Assembly: GCA_964014485.1 (NCBI GenBank)
Contig: CAXHAT010000083.1
Coordinates: 1-32,712, forward strand
Direction: 5' to 3'
Source of the DNA: an uncultured Deferribacteres bacterium
GTDB lineage: Bacteria > Zhuqueibacterota > Zhuqueibacteria > Zhuqueibacterales > Geothermadaptataceae
Length of the DNA stretch: 32,712 bases
Part shown: positions 1-7,480 of the stretch, piece by piece
How the letters are laid out: every line of letters starts with the position of its first letter
Numbering within the stretch: position 1 is the stretch's first letter
Program-made: the position numbers and the translations under genes
The notes under the pieces: model-generated
The model's input: only the letters and a program-made list of their open reading frames with translations
Told to the model about the DNA's origin: nothing
Database searches by the model: none

Positions 1-82
1 GCAATGACGGTATTACTATTGCCAAGCAGTAAAAACAGACCAAAACGACCACCACTTTCGTCATTTGACCGCTCAATCCATA

Positions 83-1540
83 ATGCAGTTTTTTAGCCAA
101 ATCCGCTTTTGCGTTTTTATTTGCGTCGTCTTCTCATGCAGTTCAGCCATTCTTGCCCAACAATCTTACGAAAAGATTTTGGAAGGCGAGCTGACGGCGC
201 ACGGGGCGAACCGTTCCCTCTCCAACACGCCGTTAGCGAGCTTCAACGGCAACATTTATCTTGCCTACGTGAATCCGGAGCTCAAGACCATCGTCGCGAT
301 GAAACGTGACGGCCGCTGGTTCACTTCCGTGGTCAGCGAAGAAACGCGCAACGACGACTGGCACAACCAACCGTCAATTGCCGTCGACCGGGAAGGCTAC
401 GTCCACGTCGTTTACAACATGCACAGCACGCCCTGGCAATACAAAGTCTCGAGAAAACCTGAGGACATTTCCGCGTGGGAATTCAGAGGGCAAGACGCGG
501 GCGAACAAGTTGGGCGCGCGGTGCCGGGCAACGACGTACGCGACACGTGGATGAGCGCAGGAACCGCGGCGATTCCGGGCAATCAAATTACCTACCCATA
601 TTTTGCCAGCGACCGCTCCGGCGAACTCTACCTTGCCTACCGCGAATGTTTCCATTGCACCAAGAGCGATTATTTTTCTCGCGAGTGGTCCGGCGGAATC
701 GCGAATTATGACGCCGAAACGAAAACATGGCGGCGCGTAGGGCAGGGCGCGCAAACGTTTGCGCATGACAAAGATTACGTACCGCTGGGTATGCAAATTT
801 CCTTCGATGCGGAAAATCGGATGCACGTCTCCTGGGTGTGGAATCTGCACTATCGCAGCAACGGATCGCACAAAACAGAACCCAACTTTCCCGCCTCAGC
901 TTGGTCGGACGACGGCGGCGAGACTTTTTTTACCGCTTCCGGCAAGCGTTTGAACTTACCAATCGATTTGGCGCAGTCGGACGTCGCGGCGCAGCCTTCA
1001 TGGCTTGCCGGAAATTCGAACGGTTATTTTTTTCCATATTCTCGCAACGCGGCCATGCCGGACGGCAGTCCGTTCGTTCTTCTCTTGCCGCATTACCCGC
1101 CGCCCGCCAATCGCGGCATTGCCTTTGTCTCGTTCTCAAAAGAAAACAACGCCTGGTCGTCGCCGCAATTGACTCCAGGCGAGGGCACCCGAATTTTGAT
1201 TGACACGGAAGGCACGATTTCGATGCTCACCAAAAAAGTCAGCGTTTGGCGCAGTAAAGATCGCGGCAAAACCTGGAAAGAATTTGCTATCGATTTGGAA
1301 AACGGCTCCAAAATGCGTGTCCAGGACATGAGCTATTTCGTTCAAACCAACCAATTGCGCCTGCAAACAATGGCCTACGATCAAGTGACGGATCGCGCCA
1401 AACTCCGCATTTGGACGGTCAATTTTTCAGATGTGCCGCTTCCCCCAAACGGCGACAATGAAGATGATGAACCTGAACAAAAACCGGCTGACAAATCGCC
1501 TCCCAAAGCGCCAAAAAATATTCGAGCGATCTGGAAATAG
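83..1540 (+). CDS. Secreted BNR_4-repeat beta-propeller protein (possible polysaccharide lyase or glycan-active enzyme)
   Basis: Signal peptide (IRFCVFICVVFSCSSAILA-QQ); DDWHNQPSIAVDREGYVHVVYNMH motif typical of BNR_4 proteins; Asp-boxes SDDGGETF and SKDRGKTW. ATG at 83 preferred over TTG at 65. Confidence 0.7.
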   Translation: MQFFSQIRFCVFICVVFSCSSAILAQQSYEKILEGELTAHGANRSLSNTPLASFNGNIYLAYVNPELKTIVAMKRDGRWFTSVVSEETRNDDWHNQPSIAVDREGYVHVVYNMHSTPWQYKVSRKPEDISAWEFRGQDAGEQVGRAVPGNDVRDTWMSAGTAAIPGNQITYPYFASDRSGELYLAYRECFHCTKSDYFSREWSGGIANYDAETKTWRRVGQGAQTFAHDKDYVPLGMQISFDAENRMHVSWVWNLHYRSNGSHKTEPNFPASAWSDDGGETFFTASGKRLNLPIDLAQSDVAAQPSWLAGNSNGYFFPYSRNAAMPDGSPFVLLLPHYPPPANRGIAFVSFSKENNAWSSPQLTPGEGTRILIDTEGTISMLTKKVSVWRSKDRGKTWKEFAIDLENGSKMRVQDMSYFVQTNQLRLQTMAYDQVTDRAKLRIWTVNFSDVPLPPNGDNEDDEPEQKPADKSPPKAPKNIRAIWK

Positions 1541-1641
1541 CCGCGCTTCCCGTTTGTGTAAAATTTATTGAGTTTTAAAATAATTTCCCGGTTATTCACG
1601 GCTCGAAAAACCAGCCGCTGGAAAGCTTCCGACCAGTTTCT

Positions 1642-1674
1642 AACGCTGACAGGGTTCTGAATCCTGTCAGAGTT
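1642..1674. repeat. REP-like palindrome AACGCTGACAGG-gttctgaat-CCTGTCAGAGTT
   Basis: 12-bp inverted arms with one mismatch around a 9-nt loop, in an intergenic region; resembles CTGACAGG...CCTGTCAG REP hairpins. Confidence 0.65.
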
Positions 1675-1743
1675 ACGCCGGTTATTCGTACGTCAAGATC
1701 GCAAGCACATTTGGTTAGCTTCTGTGTAACTCTTTTTCGGAGT

Positions 1744-1862
1744 GGGGCTGTCTAAAAACATAAAACTTGCAGAGCGATACACAGCATGTCGTCGGGTTCA
1801 AGATTTTGAACCCCTACATGTCGTATGCCTGCTATTCAGACGCCTTGTTTTTGGACAGCCCC
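1744..1862. mobile_element. MITE-like element with 17-bp terminal inverted repeats enclosing a REP-like hairpin
   Basis: GGGGCTGTCTAAAAACA (1744-1760) and TGTTTTTGGACAGCCCC (1846-1862) are reverse complements at 16/17 positions. Internal GGGTTCAA-gatt-TTGAACCC hairpin (1794-1813) is followed by CTAC. No transposase. Confidence 0.6.
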
Positions 1863-1985
1863 CGTGGCGCAAGCTGCGCTCAAACGCTGAAGCTTTTGAT
1901 TCCGAAGTAAAGCGCTTCTCGATCAAGACCGCAAGCGCGTTTGGTTCGCTGAAGAGTTCCAGCTATTGTCACTTAACCGGTTGAA

Positions 1986-2819
1986 ATGATGAATAAAAAA
2001 TTGCTCGTCGCCATTCTTGTTCTGATCTTTATCGTTGCCATCGTTGTGTTTTTGCTCCAGCGCGAAGCAAGCCCGCCGCCGGTTGCGTCTTCCACTCCTG
2101 ACGCCGAAATTGTATTGCCGGCAACGCCGGGACTTCCAACGAACCCGAGTGAAAACATCTTGATCAACTATGATTTTTACAGCGTATCCTACGATGAAGC
2201 GCACGAGCAGCCTGATTGGGTGATGTACAAGCTGGTCGGCGACAGTCTGGACAACCCCAAATTCAAGCGACGAGACAATTTTCGTGCGGATAAAAACGTT
2301 GCGACCGGCTCCGCGACCCCGAGCGATTATAAAAAATCCGGTTATGATCGCGGACATTTGGCTCCGGCGGCGGATATGAGTTGGTCAAAGGAAGCTTTGT
2401 CGGAAACATTTTACATGACCAACATGAGCCCGCAAAAACCGGGGTTTAATCGCGGAATCTGGAAAGAATTGGAAGAGCAGGTGCGCGATTGGGCAATGGA
2501 GAGCGATGAGCTTTACGTTGTGACGGGGCCTGTTTTGAAAGGAAAAATGGATTTTATTGGCAAGAATGAAGTCGCCGTGCCCAAGCTCTACTACAAAATT
2601 ATCCTCGATTACAAGGGGCCTGATTTTAAGGCTGTCGCTTTCGTCATGTCGAATGAAAAACACGACGACCCGCTGCAAAATTTTGTCGTTTCGATCGATT
2701 CGGTTGAAAGCTTGACCGGGCTCAATTTCTTCGGGGATCTGCCCGATTCTTTCGAAGAGTCGCTCGAAAATGTCGTCACGATTTCGAACTGGTTCCCAAG
2801 CCCTGAACAGAGAAATTAG
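1986..2819 (+). CDS. DNA/RNA non-specific endonuclease (NucA/EndA family), membrane-anchored or secreted
   Basis: N-terminal hydrophobic helix; GYDRGHLAPAAD catalytic motif; TFYMTNMSPQ..FNRGIW..LE; VVTGP. Confidence 0.92.
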   Translation: MMNKKLLVAILVLIFIVAIVVFLLQREASPPPVASSTPDAEIVLPATPGLPTNPSENILINYDFYSVSYDEAHEQPDWVMYKLVGDSLDNPKFKRRDNFRADKNVATGSATPSDYKKSGYDRGHLAPAADMSWSKEALSETFYMTNMSPQKPGFNRGIWKELEEQVRDWAMESDELYVVTGPVLKGKMDFIGKNEVAVPKLYYKIILDYKGPDFKAVAFVMSNEKHDDPLQNFVVSIDSVESLTGLNFFGDLPDSFEESLENVVTISNWFPSPEQRN

Positions 2820-2820
2820 C

Positions 2821-3927
2821 ATGACTATTCAGGACAAGCGGCGAAAAGCGGCGGCGCTTCTCAAAGAGAAAGGCGCGATGCTCGCCGAGTTCCCCGCGCT
2901 CGTCGGGTTTGACGGCTTTGTCGACGAAATCATCCGCGTCGTGGACAAAAGATCGTCGACCGAGTCCTATTCTACAATGTCGCAGATGTCGGCGTTCGCG
3001 GAGCGCATTCACAAAGCGGCGGGCAAGAGCACAAACATTGAATTGATCGTTCAGGAAACGAAGCTTGGCGGGAACGGGCCCATCATGGCGAACGCCTTGT
3101 CGCGCTTGAGCGTCCCGGTCACGTACATCGGCTGTCTCGGCTTTCCTAATTTACATCCGGTTTTCAGGGATTTCAGCACAAACGCTCAGGTTTATTCGAT
3201 TTCAGAACCAGGCAGTACAGACGCGCTGGAATTCGACGACGGGAAAATCATGCTGGGCAAGCACAATGCGCTGCGAGACGTGACTTACGAAAATATCATC
3301 GCTCGAATCGGCGCTGAGACTTTTCAAAAAATATGGGACGCAAGTCGTTTTCTTGGCATTGTGAATTGGACGATGCTGGTCAGGATGACGGATATTTGGA
3401 AACGCCTGCTCTCCGTCCACTGCGGCAACGTTGACCGATCTGAAAACCGCGTCGTTTTTTTCGATTTGGCTGATCCGGAAAAAAGAGATTTTGACGATAT
3501 TGCTGAATGTTTGACTGTGATCTCGAAATTCAGCCGTCAATATAAAGTGATTTTGGGGTGCAATGAGAAAGAGAGCCTGGAGCTCGCCAAAGTTCTAGAA
3601 ATCAACGTTCAAGACCTTGAGACGCGCGCTGCGCTTATGCGAGAAAAGCTGGCGATAGATTTGTGCGTTATTCATCCTGTGAAATTCGCAGTCGCCGCAT
3701 CTGCAAGTGAGACGGCGCATGTGGACGGGCGATTTGTCGAGAGTCCCAAAATCTCTACCGGAGCGGGGGATCATTTTAATGCCGGTTTTTGTATTGCGGA
3801 ACTGCTGGACGGAGATTTGGAAAGCGCGCTTTTGACCGGCGTTTCGACCTCAGGGTTCTACGTCAGAAACGCCGCATCGCCAACATTGCAAGATTTGGCA
3901 GTTTTTCTCAATGAATGGAAGGATTGA
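2821..3927 (+). CDS. PfkB/ribokinase-family carbohydrate kinase-like protein
   Basis: GGNGPIMANAL N-terminal motif and STGAGDHFNAG anion-hole motif; ATG at 2821 lies 1 nt after the upstream stop. Confidence 0.75.
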   Translation: MTIQDKRRKAAALLKEKGAMLAEFPALVGFDGFVDEIIRVVDKRSSTESYSTMSQMSAFAERIHKAAGKSTNIELIVQETKLGGNGPIMANALSRLSVPVTYIGCLGFPNLHPVFRDFSTNAQVYSISEPGSTDALEFDDGKIMLGKHNALRDVTYENIIARIGAETFQKIWDASRFLGIVNWTMLVRMTDIWKRLLSVHCGNVDRSENRVVFFDLADPEKRDFDDIAECLTVISKFSRQYKVILGCNEKESLELAKVLEINVQDLETRAALMREKLAIDLCVIHPVKFAVAASASETAHVDGRFVESPKISTGAGDHFNAGFCIAELLDGDLESALLTGVSTSGFYVRNAASPTLQDLAVFLNEWKD

Positions 3928-3963
3928 CCACATTTCTATTTCTTGCAAACCAGATTATAGTCA

Positions 3964-4806
3964 ATGAGTTTAGGAAAAACTATTCAGATTTACTTGCCTG
4001 ACGGTAATCCTCGTGGATTGAAAATCGCGGAGATTACAAGCCGTACCGTCCAAGCCTTACTTGTGCCACGCTCAATGCTCGAATTTGCAGCCAAGAGAGA
4101 TGAATTGTCAAACGTTGGGATTTACTTTCTAGTAGGAAATCGCGACTCAGATTCATTGTCAAGCGTTTACATCGGCGAAGCGGAAGACTGCTTGAATCGG
4201 CTCAGACAGCACAATAGAACCAATGATTTTTGGTCGCAAGCGATCGTGATCATCTCCAAAACTCAGTATTTTACCAAGACTCATGTGAAGTTCTTAGAGT
4301 CGTATAGCTATGAAAAAGCAAAGAAAACTGGGCGCTTCGAAATTGCAAACTCAACCGTGCCCACTACACCATTTACTCCAGAATCTATACAAGCTGATCT
4401 AATTGATAACTTTGATACTGTCAAAATTCTCGTCTCAACTCTTGGATTTCCCTTGTTCGACGAAATAAAAGTTCCAGAAAAGAAGAATGTCATCTACTGC
4501 AGAGGTAAACTTGCAAAAGCTGAAGGCGAGTATACTGAGGATGGCTTGATTGTATTTGAAGGATCAACTGCAAATCTCGTCCCTACCAAGACTGCCGGAA
4601 AATGGGTTAACAATATTCGAGAAAAACTAACAGCCCAAGGCATTCTTAAACAGACCGGAGATGTCTACCAGTTCACAAAGAATTACATTTTCAGTTCTCC
4701 TAGTGCTGCTTCAGGTTGTATTTTGGCTAGAAGATCGAATGGTTGGGTCGAATGGAAGTACAAGAATGGCAAGACTTTAGATGAAGCAAAGCGCCAAAAT
4801 ATATAA
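3964..4806 (+). CDS. GIY-YIG nuclease family protein with C-terminal DUF4357
   Basis: GIYFLVG...VYIGEAE...RLRQH; C-terminal FSSPSAA...SNGWVEWK..GKTLD typical of DUF4357. Confidence 0.85.
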   Translation: MSLGKTIQIYLPDGNPRGLKIAEITSRTVQALLVPRSMLEFAAKRDELSNVGIYFLVGNRDSDSLSSVYIGEAEDCLNRLRQHNRTNDFWSQAIVIISKTQYFTKTHVKFLESYSYEKAKKTGRFEIANSTVPTTPFTPESIQADLIDNFDTVKILVSTLGFPLFDEIKVPEKKNVIYCRGKLAKAEGEYTEDGLIVFEGSTANLVPTKTAGKWVNNIREKLTAQGILKQTGDVYQFTKNYIFSSPSAASGCILARRSNGWVEWKYKNGKTLDEAKRQNI

Positions 4807-4878
4807 ATTCTATGGGAAGTTGCGTCAATGTCAACAGCTCATTAAGAAGGATTCCACACTGCATTTTGTGTACTTTGA

Positions 4879-5157
4879 TTAGACTCCAGCCTCGGCAGCG
4901 CCAAAACGCGCTCTGAGAATCTGATAAACCAGCAGCGTCGCAACGCTGCAAGCCAAGGAAGCGAGCAAGACGTTGAGCGGCAAGAGCTGAAATTCGACAA
5001 GCAGCCTGCCGCAGCCAAGCGCGCTTACGAGAGCAATAAGATAATTCAACCAACGCATGCGATACGACAGATTTCCTATAATTATTACGGCGCGCGCAAC
5101 GGCGACCGCTCCTAAAGCAACAAGAATAATTTGACCTGCAGGCATAAAGAACCTCAT
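4879..5157 (-). CDS. Small hypothetical membrane protein (about 3 TM helices)
   Basis: 92-aa ORF with three hydrophobic segments filling an otherwise empty gap. Confidence 0.45.
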   Translation of the reverse strand: MRFFMPAGQIILVALGAVAVARAVIIIGNLSYRMRWLNYLIALVSALGCGRLLVEFQLLPLNVLLASLACSVATLLVYQILRARFGAAEAGV

Positions 5158-5376
5158 AATTAAGCGGTGAAACGGACTGGCTGAAGGGATAAACTAAGCT
5201 GGTTCTTCTATCCCGTATTTCGCAATTTAGACGCCAGGCCGCTATTGACTGCGTCAAATGGGCTTAATCCCTGTTTTTTAAATGATTGTAACAAGGCATT
5301 GAATTCAAGCAGTTTGGCATGATTTTCAATGTGGGCGCAAGGCGTTTCATTCTGAACAAAATTGGATGTACCTAAA

Positions 5377-5538
5377 ATGAACAAAAAACTTCTGACGATA
5401 TTTTTAGTGATCGGCGTGATCACATTCATCTTGATTTTTCTCGGCTACAAAGACTATCAACGTCAGTCAAAAATTGAAATGAAGCTCAAGCCGGAGAGCA
5501 GCGCGCCAATTTCAAAAACCACAAGGCTGCACGGGTGA
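5377..5538 (+). CDS. Small single-pass membrane protein, 53 aa (absent from the ORF track)
   Basis: MNKKLLTIFLVIGVITFILIFLGYKDYQRQSKIEMKLKPESSAPISKTTRLHG; its TGA overlaps the GTG start of the SDR gene (GTGA). Confidence 0.65.
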   Translation: MNKKLLTIFLVIGVITFILIFLGYKDYQRQSKIEMKLKPESSAPISKTTRLHG

Positions 5539-6281
5539 GATTTCAATTCAAGGAGCATGTCACGCTCATCACCGGCGCTTCCAGCGGAATCGGCGCTGCG
5601 TTGGCGAAAACGATTGTTGAGCGCGACGGCAGAGTCGCCCTAGTTGCCAGAAGCAAAGAGCGGCTTGAAAATCTCGTTTCCGAAATCGACCCGACAGGCG
5701 AAAAGACGAGCGTTCATTTGTGTGACGTGACAGACCGGCAATCGGCCAAGACTGCCCTGCAAGATGTGGAGAAGAGATGGCGACGCGTCGATTGCGCCAT
5801 TTTAAATGCTGGAATCGGCGGCCCGACAAGCTTCCGCGAATTTGACGCAAACCATGTGCGGGAAATTTATGAAACGAACGTTTTCGGGGTGATGCATTTT
5901 GTGGAGAGCGCGCTGCCGCTCATGCAGAATAACGGCGGCGGGGTGATTGTCGGCGTGTCCAGTTTGGCGGCACACATTCCAAGCGCGTGGGTGACGGCTT
6001 ACGCCTCGAGCAAGGCCGCGCTGACCCACTTTCTCGACGGGATGCGAAAAAAGCTGAAGAAGCAAAACATCCGCGTCATCAGCGTTGAGCCGGGTTTTGT
6101 CAAAACGCCAATGACGGCGGAAAACAAGAATATGTTTATGGCGGTGGAAGTTGAAGAAGCGGCCAGAATCATTGCCGACGGCATAGAAAAAGGGAAATCG
6201 GTGATTCGTTTCCCAAAACTTGTGGCCGCCTTTGCGCTTTTCAATCGCATGTTGCCGGTAAAAATAAAGTTCGTCCCCTAA
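5535..6281 (+). CDS. Short-chain dehydrogenase/reductase (SDR)
   Basis: TGASSGIG Rossmann motif, LNAG, catalytic S and YASSK, PGFVKT. Confidence 0.92.
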   Translation: MRFQFKEHVTLITGASSGIGAALAKTIVERDGRVALVARSKERLENLVSEIDPTGEKTSVHLCDVTDRQSAKTALQDVEKRWRRVDCAILNAGIGGPTSFREFDANHVREIYETNVFGVMHFVESALPLMQNNGGGVIVGVSSLAAHIPSAWVTAYASSKAALTHFLDGMRKKLKKQNIRVISVEPGFVKTPMTAENKNMFMAVEVEEAARIIADGIEKGKSVIRFPKLVAAFALFNRMLPVKIKFVP

Positions 6282-7456
6282 CGTCCCGCCGGGGAAAAAT
6301 CATATTTCCGCTTGCTGACCAGCAATTTCCCCGCTTGCACTTTTTCACAGCGAAAGCCGAGCAAGTGCAAAAATTCCCGCGCATACCAGCGTGCAATTTT
6401 CTGTTTAACAATGTAGACGTTCGCCATAACGGGATGCTTGCTGACGCCCGGCAGCCATGAAACCAATTTGTCCAATCTGATTTTGCGCAATAATTTTGAG
6501 ATTTCGAGCCAGTACGCGCGGACTGGACGGGCGATAAAAAAACCGTCGTCGCCAAGCCCCTGATACAGCGGCATTAAAATAACGCCGTCGTGGTGCGCGG
6601 CTATGTCTTCACCGTTAAACGTAGCCAAGACCTGACCTTTGCGAACCGGTTGAAAATTTTGAAAGCCGGGCTTCATCTCAAATTTGTCGTCGGGCGAAAT
6701 TGCGTGGCGATGCGTCACTTCCATAATTGGCGGAATCCCCGCAAAGCTTTGTGCCAAACCGGTTGTCTGTTGAGTAAAGTCAGGAATGTCTTTTTTATCG
6801 ATTTGACCGGACGAAGCAAGGGCGAGCCAAATCGCCGCTTCGTGCCTGCGAGCAGAATCCGGGGAATCATGTTGACCGGCTTCATAAGCCAGTGAAACGT
6901 AGCCTAAATCTGTCAGGTATTCGATCATTGTCCCCTTGATGGCTTCTTCGAGGCCAAGAACGATGGGGACGTTCAAATCCAGCGCAAATTTTCTGTTGCG
7001 AAGCGTATCGCCGAACACGGCAAAAGGCGAGCTGTTTGAAGAAGTGGTGTGCAGGTCGAGAAAATAGAAACTGCCGTCATGCTTATTTTTGATTTTCTCG
7101 AAGACTTCGAGCAAGGCGTGTAATTCGTTCGTTTCGGCGGTTGCCGTTGGGTCGTCTTCAACCGATTGCAGCGTGCTCGATTCCCACATCCGGTTAAAGT
7201 CTTTGTTTATGAATCTTTCGCCGATTTCAAGCGCAGCGACGTTGCCGATCAACCCATAGATCGTGCCGCGAATTTTGATGTTCCTTTCATTCAGCAAGTA
7301 AAAAACGCGCTGAATCGCCTTCACGCCCGCAGGCTCATTTCCGTGCATGCCTCCGATAAGCACGGTGGTCGCCCCATTTCTTTCACCAACAATCTGTCCG
7401 ATCAATCTGTCTTGCGTCGCTATTGTTTCCGTAACGTCCTGTTCCGAAGCAATCAC
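6278..7456 (-). CDS. Succinylglutamate desuccinylase/aspartoacylase family (M14 zinc deacylase/carboxypeptidase)
   Basis: GGMHGNEPAG (HxxE), DFNRMW, LDLHTTS, YEAGQH; C-terminal FQNFQPV..GQVLA domain. GTG start is uncertain. Confidence 0.85.
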   Translation of the reverse strand: MIASEQDVTETIATQDRLIGQIVGERNGATTVLIGGMHGNEPAGVKAIQRVFYLLNERNIKIRGTIYGLIGNVAALEIGERFINKDFNRMWESSTLQSVEDDPTATAETNELHALLEVFEKIKNKHDGSFYFLDLHTTSSNSSPFAVFGDTLRNRKFALDLNVPIVLGLEEAIKGTMIEYLTDLGYVSLAYEAGQHDSPDSARRHEAAIWLALASSGQIDKKDIPDFTQQTTGLAQSFAGIPPIMEVTHRHAISPDDKFEMKPGFQNFQPVRKGQVLATFNGEDIAAHHDGVILMPLYQGLGDDGFFIARPVRAYWLEISKLLRKIRLDKLVSWLPGVSKHPVMANVYIVKQKIARWYAREFLHLLGFRCEKVQAGKLLVSKRKYDFSPAGR

Positions 7457-7480
7457 GTTCCTTAAACTCCTTCAAAAATC

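Noticed and set aside
1693..1950. CRISPR repeats from the 28-bp direct repeat
   Set aside because: Two degenerate copies 230 nt apart and no cas genes.
4727..5429. ORFs 4727-5257(-) and 5208-5429(-) as genes
   Set aside because: They overlap better-supported genes on the opposite strand and have no recognisable protein features.
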